In this document: positions 25,490-34,089 of the stretch, one piece after another
Numbering within the stretch: position 1 is the first letter of the stretch
Layout of the letters: every line of letters starts with the position of its first letter
From: an uncultured bacterium
GTDB lineage: Bacteria; Patescibacteriota; Minisyncoccia; Phycocordibacterales; Phycocordibacteraceae
NCBI GenBank assembly: GCA_903994795.1
Contig: CAJEYI010000002.1
Location: 1 to 60,537 of the forward strand
Length of the DNA stretch: 60,537 nucleotides
Reading direction: 5' to 3'
Notes under the pieces: generated by a model
The model's database searches: none
What the model was told of the DNA's origin: nothing
Seen by the model: the letters and a program-made list of their open reading frames with translations, nothing else
Program-made: the position numbers and the translations under genes

Positions 25490-28400
25490 ATGGCAACAAT
25501 CCTAACTACACCCGAATTCGAGGAGGCATACAAGCGGCTTAATCCCGAGCAGAAGGAGGCTGTAGACGCCATAGAAGGCCCTATTTTCGTCGTGGCGGGG
25601 CCTGGGACGGGAAAGACGCAGGTCTTAGCACTTCGCATCGCAAATATCCTTAAACTCACGGATACACCGCCGGAAGCCATTCTCGCACTCACATTTACTG
25701 AAGTCGGAGCTCGAGAAATGCGTGAGCGACTTGCGCGACTCATCGGCTCGACTACTGCCTGGAAAATCCGCATCCACACCTTTCATGGATTCGCGCAGTC
25801 GATCGTCACGCGCTTTCCGGATCAGTTCCCGCGCATCGTGGGAGCAGACATTGCGAGCGATGCGGAGCGAGCAGAAATACTTGAGTCTGCGATTCAGAAC
25901 CCAAATGCAAAACTCAAACTGCTTCGACCGTTTGGTGATCCACTTTGGTATCACTACGAAATTGGCAAAGCGATCTCGACAATGAAGCGAGAGAACGTAA
26001 CTGTGCACGCGCTCGAAGAGCGCGTGATTCAGGCTGAGAACGACTTCGATGCAATCCCAGGAAAGATCCACGAGAAAGGGAAGTACGAAGGAAAGATGAA
26101 GGGCGAGTTCGAAACTATGCAAAAGAAAATTGCAAAGACACGCGAACTTCTCTCCGTGTATGAGTTGTATGAAGAAGGACTCACAAAAATGCGTCGCTAT
26201 GACTTCGAAGATGTGATTCTTGAAGTGGTTCGCGCGTTTGGTGGAGTTGCGAGTGACGGGCAGGATAGCGAGACAGACGCAACAGCATTTAAGCGCGAAG
26301 TGCAGGAATCAATTCTCTATGTGCTCGCCGACGAGCACCAAGACGCAAACAAATCTCAAAACGCACTCCTCGAACATCTTACCGACTACAGCGACAACCC
26401 AAACCTCTTCATCGTCGGAGATGAGAAGCAAGCCATCTACCGATTTCAAGGAGCAGACCTCGACAATGTGCACTACTTCCGCGAACAATTCACTGGCACG
26501 AAAGTAATCGTCCTCACGCAGAACTATCGCTCGACGCAAACGATTCTCGACAGCGCGCTCTCGCTCATTGTCTCGTCACCAGACGAGCGACTTTCGCGGC
26601 TGCCACTGCAGGCGAACAGGGGAGGAGCTGGAGGCAAGGGTGAAAGCAAAAATGGTAAAAGTGCTAACCCGCGACCAATCACAATCGCGCACGCACCCGA
26701 TCCTGATTCCGAAGCTGACTATCTTGCGCAGGAAATTAAGAAGTTGCTCGAGGCCGGTACTCCGGCCGAGGAGATTGCCGTGCTCGCACGTCGCAATCGT
26801 GACATTGCATGGCTAGGTGATGCGCTTGCAAAGCGCGGCGTGCAAGCTGCAACATCAGGCGAAGAGCGTGATGCGCTAGCAGATCCATTCGTCATGGCAC
26901 TTCGCCGACTACTCGTCGCAATCAATGAGCAGCGAGACGAACATCTCGCAGGTATTTTTAATCTCCCAGGTTTTAACATTTCTGGAGCAGACTCGTGGAG
27001 AATTCTTCGTCAGGCATATGTTTCTCATACAACTGCACTACATGTGCTAGAAAAAGATTCAGCACTCGATGAGGCACAAGTCAGTAATCCTAAAAGCGCA
27101 CGAGCACTATACGAACTCCTGCTTGAGCTTGGAAACAAAGCGTCATACGAGCGACCCGTAGTTGTGGCAGACGAAGCGCTTCGAAAGTCCGGGCTTCGCG
27201 AAGCGATGCTCGCGTCCCCTCATCGCGAGCGACACTTTGGTGCGATGCGAGCATTCTTTGCACTGCTCACTGATCTCTCAAGTCGCGAGCACGACGCACT
27301 TCTTCCGCGCGCACTCGCACTCATTACTTTGTACGAAGAGCGCGGCATTCCACTGAAAGGCAGAGAAGACGAAACGATGACTATGGGGTCTGTGAAAATT
27401 ATGACTGTGCATAAATCAAAAGGCCGCGAGTTTGGCTATGTATTTGTTCCGCGACTCACCGAGAGTGCATGGTCCACACGAAATCGCCCGGAGCATTTCT
27501 ATCTTCCAGACATTCTAAGCGGAGCGACAGAACTCGAAGACGAACGTCGACTCCTTTATGTGGCGATGACTCGTGCAAAAGAGCATCTCACATTGTCATA
27601 CTCACTTACCCGCGACGATGGAAAAGAAACTGCGCCAAGCGGATTGATTGAGGGAATTGATATGAGTGTTGCGTCAGGGCTTGTTGAAGTTGTTGATATT
27701 CCAGAGCGTACCGAAACAGACCCATTTGAATTTCTTCCAAGCGCAGGACTCAAAGAAGTCTCACTCATTCCAAGCAATGAAGACATGCAGGTGCTTCGCG
27801 ATGCCTTCATTGCACAGGGGCTTTCTCCAACTGCACTCAATAACTATCTGCAGTGCCCGACAAAGTATTTTTATGTGAACTTGCTGCGATTCCCCGAGCC
27901 CGAAAACAAGCATATGCTTTTTGGTACGGCTATTCATGCGGCACTGAAGTCATACGCTGACAGACGCGAGCGAGGTGACGACGTGCCTGGAGACTATCTT
28001 GTGACTGAATTCTCACGCATACTTTCAAAGACTTCACTCTCACTTCGCGATATCGATGAGCTTCAGGAAAAAGGGAAGCGAGCACTACTCGCATGGTGGC
28101 GAGCAAATCAAGTGTCATGGCCTAGCAAGACTGAGTCAGAAATTCCCGTCGATGCTCCATTCACACTTGCCGATGGCACAACATTCACCATACGTGGAAA
28201 GCTCGACCGACTCGATCCTCTCGGCGACCACGTCCGCGTCATAGACTACAAAACCGGCAAACCAAAGAGTCGCAACGAACTCATGGGCGTGAATTCAAAA
28301 GGCGAATCAATTGAAGGTACGGAAGGTGGAAGCAACTATTACCGACAGCTCCAATTCTATAAGTTGCTTCTCGCTCGTACAGACAAACATCGAGAGATGA

Positions 28401-28618
28401 GTGAAGGCGTGATTGAATTTGTTGAGCCGGATGATAAAGATGAGCTGCGAAGAGAAATATTTATGCTCAGTGACGAAGACATTACACAGCTCGAAGAAAT
28501 CATCACAAAAGCTGCGCAAGAAATTATGACGCTTGAATTCCTGAAGCGCAGATGCGAGGACGAGGAATGTGAGTGGTGCGAACTTCGATACGGAATTCCA
28601 GATACGTTGAAGGCGTAG
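25490..28618 (+). CDS. UvrD/PcrA-type helicase fused to a C-terminal PD-(D/E)xK (AddB/Cas4-like, Fe-S) nuclease
   Basis: Walker A is VAGPGTGKT, the DExx box is LADEHQD, and QNYRS is present. The C-terminal domain has YLQCP, RGKLDRLD, VIDYKTGK and the Cys triad C..EECEWC. The start is set at ATG 25490 (MATILTTPEF). Confidence 0.88.
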   Translation: MATILTTPEFEEAYKRLNPEQKEAVDAIEGPIFVVAGPGTGKTQVLALRIANILKLTDTPPEAILALTFTEVGAREMRERLARLIGSTTAWKIRIHTFHGFAQSIVTRFPDQFPRIVGADIASDAERAEILESAIQNPNAKLKLLRPFGDPLWYHYEIGKAISTMKRENVTVHALEERVIQAENDFDAIPGKIHEKGKYEGKMKGEFETMQKKIAKTRELLSVYELYEEGLTKMRRYDFEDVILEVVRAFGGVASDGQDSETDATAFKREVQESILYVLADEHQDANKSQNALLEHLTDYSDNPNLFIVGDEKQAIYRFQGADLDNVHYFREQFTGTKVIVLTQNYRSTQTILDSALSLIVSSPDERLSRLPLQANRGGAGGKGESKNGKSANPRPITIAHAPDPDSEADYLAQEIKKLLEAGTPAEEIAVLARRNRDIAWLGDALAKRGVQAATSGEERDALADPFVMALRRLLVAINEQRDEHLAGIFNLPGFNISGADSWRILRQAYVSHTTALHVLEKDSALDEAQVSNPKSARALYELLLELGNKASYERPVVVADEALRKSGLREAMLASPHRERHFGAMRAFFALLTDLSSREHDALLPRALALITLYEERGIPLKGREDETMTMGSVKIMTVHKSKGREFGYVFVPRLTESAWSTRNRPEHFYLPDILSGATELEDERRLLYVAMTRAKEHLTLSYSLTRDDGKETAPSGLIEGIDMSVASGLVEVVDIPERTETDPFEFLPSAGLKEVSLIPSNEDMQVLRDAFIAQGLSPTALNNYLQCPTKYFYVNLLRFPEPENKHMLFGTAIHAALKSYADRRERGDDVPGDYLVTEFSRILSKTSLSLRDIDELQEKGKRALLAWWRANQVSWPSKTESEIPVDAPFTLADGTTFTIRGKLDRLDPLGDHVRVIDYKTGKPKSRNELMGVNSKGESIEGTEGGSNYYRQLQFYKLLLARTDKHREMSEGVIEFVEPDDKDELRREIFMLSDEDITQLEEIITKAAQEIMTLEFLKRRCEDEECEWCELRYGIPDTLKA

Positions 28619-28622
28619 TGGG

Positions 28623-29321
28623 TTAGTTAGTTGTCGTGAGTGACTTCTGAATTGCGAGGTCCATGATTTGCTTCATGGTGACATATGGAACGAGTCCTGA
28701 GATCACGATTGGTTTCTGTCCACGCACGAGGAGGATGTTGTATGGTGTGCCGGTCGCACCGATTTGTTGCGCGTTTTGATAGTCTGCGGCAACCTTTTTC
28801 GCGTATGTGTGAGCGGTGAGGCATCCATCAAACGAGCCCGTTGAAATACCTAGAGCAGAGACGACACTGTCATAGTCTGCTGGATCAAATTGTGAGTCAC
28901 CCGGGGCAACTGCTTGTACTGCATCTATGAATGCAAAGAAGTCGCTTGGCTTTCCAAGTGCTGCAACGCACTCCGCAGCCTCAGCATGCTCTTCTGAATT
29001 TAAATCTTGATCACCAAGCGGGAGGTGCCTGAATACCCACGCAACACTTCCTTGTGCGCCATAGTCCTGCATCAGTTGCTCCATAACTTTCTGAAAGTCT
29101 TTTGAATACTCTGAGTCGATGTCTGAGTATTCAATAAGTACGACGGGTGCAGACGGGTTTCCGTATATATGGTCGCTCGTGGAGATGGGCTTTGTGAGTT
29201 CGGGGTGACCGTTAGAATTTTGTACTAAATGCGGCTTTGTCATGAAAATAGTTATCGAAAGCACAATGCCCGCAAAGACAATTGCTCCAGGAATTAGCCA
29301 TTCATTTGCCTCACGTTTCAT
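28623..29321 (-). CDS. membrane-anchored DsbA/thioredoxin-fold protein lacking the CxxC active site
   Basis: There is an N-terminal TM helix. GNPSAPVVLIEYSDIDSEYS aligns with the usual (E/D)(F/Y).D.QCP.C block, but both Cys are Ser. Confidence 0.68.
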   Translation of the reverse strand: MKREANEWLIPGAIVFAGIVLSITIFMTKPHLVQNSNGHPELTKPISTSDHIYGNPSAPVVLIEYSDIDSEYSKDFQKVMEQLMQDYGAQGSVAWVFRHLPLGDQDLNSEEHAEAAECVAALGKPSDFFAFIDAVQAVAPGDSQFDPADYDSVVSALGISTGSFDGCLTAHTYAKKVAADYQNAQQIGATGTPYNILLVRGQKPIVISGLVPYVTMKQIMDLAIQKSLTTTN

Positions 29322-29430
29322 AATTACAGAATACCATGTGCAATTAGTTCACATAAACTCCGAGGGCACCCTGCTCAATGTCTTGCGACGCGAGAAGGGT
29401 GCCCGGGTTTGATTGTGTTTGCCTTGAAAT

Positions 29431-29733
29431 TCAGGCGGGAACTCGTTTCTGGCAAAACCTAAAGTAGTATATGCGTATCAGGTCTGGAGAAAGAATCTTC
29501 TGAAGTCCGTCTTGAGATCTTATTTGAAGATCATAACCGCAAATATCTCGCGGCAACGGGACCCATGTAATACTAACTCTATCGGATTCAGATTCCAGGC
29601 CATAAGTACTACAGACTAGTTGTGCGATTGCTTCTCCTACTTCCTGGTCGGGCACTCCATCTCTTTGGAAATACCCTCTTACCGTAATGTTATAGACCAC
29701 GTTTAGTTCCCCATAACGAAAGATCAAAGACAA
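29431..29733 (-). CDS. hypothetical protein (100 aa)
   Basis: ORF only, with a TTG start and TGA stop. No motif was recognised. Confidence 0.3.
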   Translation of the reverse strand: MSLIFRYGELNVVYNITVRGYFQRDGVPDQEVGEAIAQLVCSTYGLESESDRVSITWVPLPRDICGYDLQIRSQDGLQKILSPDLIRIYYFRFCQKRVPA

Positions 29734-29863
29734 AAGCAGCGCCGTCCGCTGCCCGAAGCTTCTACTCTACACCCGCCTTGCTTATTAGCAAGGGTATTTC
29801 ATGATGTGCTGTGGGTAATTAAATAAAATGGTACCGTAACAAAATTCTCCCTCGTGCTACGAA

Positions 29864-30442
29864 CTAAAAGGGAAGCGTGTGAGTAATTGAGGGTGCTTCG
29901 CGGGGAGTCATCCAGTTGCGGGTGTCGAGCTTGATGTCTTTGATGGTATTTAAATCTTTATACTTGAGCATGCCTTTTGCGAGTGCGTAGTCAAAGAGCT
30001 TCCGTGTGATGCGAACATCTTCAATACAGTATTCGCGAACCTTGTCATAGAGGCCTTGCGCCCACCATTCGACGGCCTTTAGGCCGTCGCCACTCTTTCC
30101 TACGTTTAGAGTTGCTTCTGCGAGTGACTGGAGTCGAAGACGTCGACCAAGTGCTTTCTGAACTTCAACCATGAGGTCAAGTGAGTGAATTTTTGAAAGG
30201 TCGCCAGCATAGTATTTGTTCAGGATTGGAATGTCGAATGCGTCTGAGTTGTACCCGATGAGCATGTCGGCTTTCTCGAGAATCGCCCAGAGTTTCGGGA
30301 GTTCTTCTTGTGAGTACGAAGAGAACTCGTTTGTTTCTGAATCGTGAATTGCAACGACGGAGAGATTTAGCTGTGAGAGGTCATTCCGTGTCGTCGCGGA
30401 AAATACATTGGAAGTTTCAATATCAAACGTTATCGCTCGCAT
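29864..30442 (-). CDS. RNase H-fold 3'-5' exonuclease (DEDD-type) domain protein
   Basis: ITFDIETSN (Exo I), GYNSDAFDIPIL (Exo II) and YCIEDVRIT (Exo III) are present. ATG 30442 is chosen; it lies 1 nt beyond the hisS stop. Confidence 0.7.
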   Translation of the reverse strand: MRAITFDIETSNVFSATTRNDLSQLNLSVVAIHDSETNEFSSYSQEELPKLWAILEKADMLIGYNSDAFDIPILNKYYAGDLSKIHSLDLMVEVQKALGRRLRLQSLAEATLNVGKSGDGLKAVEWWAQGLYDKVREYCIEDVRITRKLFDYALAKGMLKYKDLNTIKDIKLDTRNWMTPREAPSITHTLPF

Positions 30443-30443
30443 A

Positions 30444-31700
30444 TTATCCAACGATCTTTGAGGCTACATCTTCAACTGAAATTTCGTCTTCAGTACTGCT
30501 CTCGAGAGTCTTGAGACGTACCGTTCCTGATGCTGCTTCTTGTGCGCCGAAGGCGATGAAATACGGAATGCCGCGACGCGAAGCGTCGCGTATCTGGTCG
30601 CCAAGTGTCTTTCCATTTGCATTCACTATTACTCGCACCCCTTTCTGTCGAAGTGCATACGCAAAGTTCTGTGCCACAAAGAAATCTTCTTCAGTCGGTG
30701 TTCCGATAAATAGTTGCGGAGCAGATGAGGCCTTAGGTGTAAGTCCGTGAGTCTCAAGGAAGTCCATAAGTGTCACATCTCCAATCGCAAACCCAACGCA
30801 GGGAATCGCTTCACCTCCAAACATTCCAACAAGTCCGTCATAGCGACCACCACCACCAATTGAGCGAGGGTTCTCAGGGTTTGTGTCGAACATTTCAAAC
30901 ACCATGTCGGTGTAGTAGTCAAAACCGCGAACTATTTCAGGATCGAATACAACATTAGTCATGCCACGTTCGTGGAATGAGTTGATGAGTCCCATAAGTT
31001 TATTTTTGAGCTCGGCGACGTCTGTGTCAGTCGCGTCTTCGATTGCTTTCAGTGGATCACTACGATCTGCGCCGAGTGCTGTCTGGAATTCTTCTGCGCT
31101 CATTTTGTTCTTTCGATCCAAAAGGCGGCTGTATGTTTTGATATCTTCGGGTGTAGTGAAGCCGCTCGCTTTGCAAGCTGCCTCGATAAGCTTGCGAGAG
31201 TTAACACGAATCTTAAAATCCTCAGTGGTCGCACCAAATGCTTTCAGAAGTTCTGAAGCAATGACGATCATCTCGCCGTCAGTCTGAATGCTTCCACTTC
31301 CTGCGAGGTCGACATTGAGCTGATAGTGCTCGCGGAGTCGTCCGCGCTGTGGGCGTTCATAGCGGAATACGTTTGGAATTGAAAACCATCGAAGTGGAAG
31401 TGGTACATCACGGCGCTTTGCTGCAACCATTCGTGCGAATGTTGGAGTCATTTCAGGACGAAGTGTGACTTTTCGCTCGCCACGATCGAGGAATGTGTAT
31501 GTCTGTTCGCTTACGATTTCCTCGCTTGTCTTGTTCTCATAAATCTCCGCGCGCTCTAGTGGGGAAGCGTTGTATTCCTCATAGCCCCAAAGTCCAAGTG
31601 TGGTACGGATGGTTTCAAACGCGCTAGAAAGCTTGCTCCAATCCTCAGGATAGAAGTCGCGGACACCTTTATATGGTTCGGTGGATAGTGGCTCACTCAT
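30444..31700 (-). CDS. hisS: histidine--tRNA ligase
   Basis: Class II motif 2 reads FRYERPQRGRLREHYQ. GGGGRYDGL and a C-terminal anticodon-binding domain are present. Confidence 0.92.
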   Translation of the reverse strand: MSEPLSTEPYKGVRDFYPEDWSKLSSAFETIRTTLGLWGYEEYNASPLERAEIYENKTSEEIVSEQTYTFLDRGERKVTLRPEMTPTFARMVAAKRRDVPLPLRWFSIPNVFRYERPQRGRLREHYQLNVDLAGSGSIQTDGEMIVIASELLKAFGATTEDFKIRVNSRKLIEAACKASGFTTPEDIKTYSRLLDRKNKMSAEEFQTALGADRSDPLKAIEDATDTDVAELKNKLMGLINSFHERGMTNVVFDPEIVRGFDYYTDMVFEMFDTNPENPRSIGGGGRYDGLVGMFGGEAIPCVGFAIGDVTLMDFLETHGLTPKASSAPQLFIGTPTEEDFFVAQNFAYALRQKGVRVIVNANGKTLGDQIRDASRRGIPYFIAFGAQEAASGTVRLKTLESSTEDEISVEDVASKIVG

Positions 31701-31800
31701 GGGACTAGTGTACCAGAAGTAACTTCTTTAAAAAAGTGCATAGCTAATCCAGAACCTTGCAAAGGTCTGCATTTATACAACTTTTGCGAATTTGGAACTA

Positions 31801-31833
31801 CGTAATTCGTCCACTTTAAGTGGACGAATTACG
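31801..31833. repeat. perfect 14-bp hairpin in the prmC-hisS intergenic region
   Basis: cgtaattcgtccac-tttaa-gtggacgaattacg. Confidence 0.5.
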
Positions 31834-31872
31834 ATGTAACATTTTAGTTACTCTCTGTTGTGGATGAATAAT

Positions 31873-31902
31873 AAAACAGCACCACCGAAGTGATGCTGTT
31901 TT
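31873..31902. terminator. bidirectional terminator-like hairpin
   Basis: aaaacagca..cac-cgaa-gtg..tgctgtttt has A/T runs on both sides. Confidence 0.55.
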
Positions 31903-32014
31903 ATAGTGATGGAGCGCCACATCCACGACCAGACGATTTTACAATCCCGGGACAGCCGAGGCGCACCCTAACGGGTTTACTGTCTTCACGTACCAACAAG
32001 TGTACCTGAGCTCC

Positions 32015-32842
32015 TCAGAAATTCAAGGTCAGGATGCGTGGACGACCATATTGATCAATACGTATTGCAGTCTCTACAATTCCTGGATATGTTTCCCATG
32101 CTATTCGTTCTGCTTCTCCGATGTTACAAATGTCACATTCAATCCATATCTCGCCACCAGCGTCTACATGGTTGTGTGCTTCTTGAATAATGTTCCGAAT
32201 GAGATCGAGGCCGTCTTCGCCGGAGAAGAGAGCTTGATGTGGTTCAAAACTTGTAACGCTTGTGAGAAGTTCGTGTTCGCGTATGTCGGGAATATATGGA
32301 GGATTTGTGGCAATTATGTCGAAACGGTTTGCTTTAAGATTTTCAAATAAATCTCCAGTTACGATTGTTATTCGGCTCGTGTCTAAAGAATTCTCTAGAA
32401 CGTTTTTCTTAATGAGTTCTGAAAGATTTGGATCAATTTCTGAAAGTGTTACATGGGCATTTGGAAGTCGTGATGCAATCGCAAGTCCAATTGCACCAGA
32501 GCCTGCGCAAAGATCAAGAAACGTGAAAGGTCTATCTTTAAATTTGTAGGCAAGGTGCTCAATGAGTTTCTCAGTCCACCATTCTGTTTCGGGTCGGGGA
32601 ATTAAGGGATGAGTTGAGGTGGCTGAGGAGCTCGGTGTTTTGGCTGGATTGTCGAGAAAAATCTTAAGTCCGAGGAAAGGAATCCAACCGATGACGTAGG
32701 AAAGAGGCTCACCTCCGGCGAGCCTCCTTAGATCTTCTTCGTATGCAGGAGTGCCAACTACATTCTTGTCGCCGTTATATTTATCTCGAATGAGTGCGGT
32801 TATGTCTTCAGGCATGTTGGTTGTGTACGTTGAGTGTAGCAA
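32015..32842 (-). CDS. prmC: peptide chain release factor N5-glutamine methyltransferase
   Basis: The SAM motif is LDLCAGSGAIG and the catalytic NPPY is in IATNPPYIP. Confidence 0.88.
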   Translation of the reverse strand: MLHSTYTTNMPEDITALIRDKYNGDKNVVGTPAYEEDLRRLAGGEPLSYVIGWIPFLGLKIFLDNPAKTPSSSATSTHPLIPRPETEWWTEKLIEHLAYKFKDRPFTFLDLCAGSGAIGLAIASRLPNAHVTLSEIDPNLSELIKKNVLENSLDTSRITIVTGDLFENLKANRFDIIATNPPYIPDIREHELLTSVTSFEPHQALFSGEDGLDLIRNIIQEAHNHVDAGGEIWIECDICNIGEAERIAWETYPGIVETAIRIDQYGRPRILTLNF

Positions 32843-32870
32843 ACGTAAGAATAATTCACAGGAAAAAAGA

Positions 32871-32904
32871 AAAAGTGCTCGACCTTTCGGTCGAGCACTT
32901 TTTC
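32871..32904. terminator. bidirectional rho-independent terminator
   Basis: aaaagtgctcgacc-tttc-ggtcgagcacttttt. Confidence 0.75.
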
Positions 32905-32919
32905 TGTGAGCGTAAGCTA

Positions 32920-33312
32920 TTAATAGCTGTTGCCGTAACCACCTCGGTCGTTTCCGCCTCCGTAGTTACCACGGTCGTTTCCGCCGCCGTAACCACCTCC
33001 GCGGTTACCACCACCGAAACCTCCGCTGCTGCGCTGAGGTCGATCTCCGGCTGGCCGGTCACCCTGAGGGCGAGCCATAGAAACTGATAGCATACGGCCA
33101 TCGAATTCCTTACCATCCCATCGATCGATAGCTGCCTGGGCCTGAGCCTCGTCAGCCATTTCGACGAAACCGAATCCGCGTGAGCGGCCGGTCATACGGT
33201 CACTAATAATACTTACCGATACTACTTCGCCTGCTTCCGAGAAAGCTGCTTTCATATCGTCCTCAGTTGTGCGATATGGAATACCGCCAACGTAGAGCTT
33301 TGATGTTGCCAT
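32920..33312 (-). CDS. RRM-type RNA-binding protein with a Gly/Arg/Tyr-rich tail
   Basis: RNP2 is LYVGGI and RNP1 is RGFGFVEM. The C-terminal tail has GGYGGGNDRG repeats. Confidence 0.88.
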   Translation of the reverse strand: MATSKLYVGGIPYRTTEDDMKAAFSEAGEVVSVSIISDRMTGRSRGFGFVEMADEAQAQAAIDRWDGKEFDGRMLSVSMARPQGDRPAGDRPQRSSGGFGGGNRGGGYGGGNDRGNYGGGNDRGGYGNSY

Positions 33313-33499
33313 GTGGACTTGGGGTTGAACTTAATAACTCTCGCTGCACCGAACTTTATGACTTGCGTCAGGAGAAGCTTTGGAGACTGGCGAGTTATCT
33401 TTAATATGCTACAGAATTGACTTAAACACAAGTTCCGAGCAGGGGACTGTGGACAGCTTCTCTTTCAAGCGCTGTTGATACGCGTGCTAGAATTTTTGC

Positions 33500-33964
33500 A
33501 TGAGTAGAATAATCCGCGTACTAAATATTTGTATATGCTTAGCGAGTTTAGGCCTGTTTGTGCTGCTTGCGCTTGCAAAGACCCCGGGCTGTTTGGGCAC
33601 ACCGATGATTCAGCATCTAATTTCAATATTCGCACTCGTCTTGTTCTTTGTGAGTGCGATGTCGATACCTGCGCGAAGATTTTACTTTTTTGGGTTATTG
33701 CTTCTGCCAGAAGTTGCTGGACTCATCTTCCTTGCACTTATCCCTGCATCAAATCACTATTGCGTACTCACGAATCTCAATGCACTCAATCCCATTTCTG
33801 ACATGAGTGGGTTCCAGCAACCGGGTTCAGGTATTCCAAACATGCAGCAGTATCAGCAGTACGGATTTCCAAATCCAAATGGACAACAGGTGTACCCGAC
33901 TCAGTCAGGTCAGCCAAATCAATTCGGTGGAATGCCTGCATATGATCCGACTGCTGGGTATTAG
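33500..33964 (+). CDS. membrane protein with a Gln/Pro-rich C-terminal tail
   Basis: Three to four hydrophobic helices are followed by a QQYQQYGFPNPNGQQ low-complexity region. Confidence 0.5.
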   Translation: MSRIIRVLNICICLASLGLFVLLALAKTPGCLGTPMIQHLISIFALVLFFVSAMSIPARRFYFFGLLLLPEVAGLIFLALIPASNHYCVLTNLNALNPISDMSGFQQPGSGIPNMQQYQQYGFPNPNGQQVYPTQSGQPNQFGGMPAYDPTAGY

Positions 33965-33976
33965 TGTTGTTAGTGT

Positions 33977-34083
33977 AGGCCCGCAGACATAGTATTCACA
34001 GCACTCTGAGTACTCGAAGAGTAACGTGCCGAATAATTAAAGTGCTTAACTACTAGTGCTGTTCACACTATGTCTGCGGGCCT
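33977..34083. repeat. long inverted repeat between convergent genes
   Basis: aggcccgcagacatagt (33977-33993) pairs with actatgtctgcgggcct (34067-34083). The pairing is extended by acagcact/agtgctgt after a 4x4 internal loop. Confidence 0.6.
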
Positions 34084-34089
34084 TTTCAC

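Noticed and set aside
32794-33116. ORFs 32794-33087 (+) and 32856-33116 (-) with repetitive V/T/A/E sequence.
   Set aside because: They are alternative-frame readings of the GGYGGGNDRG repeat region of the RRM protein gene and its terminator.
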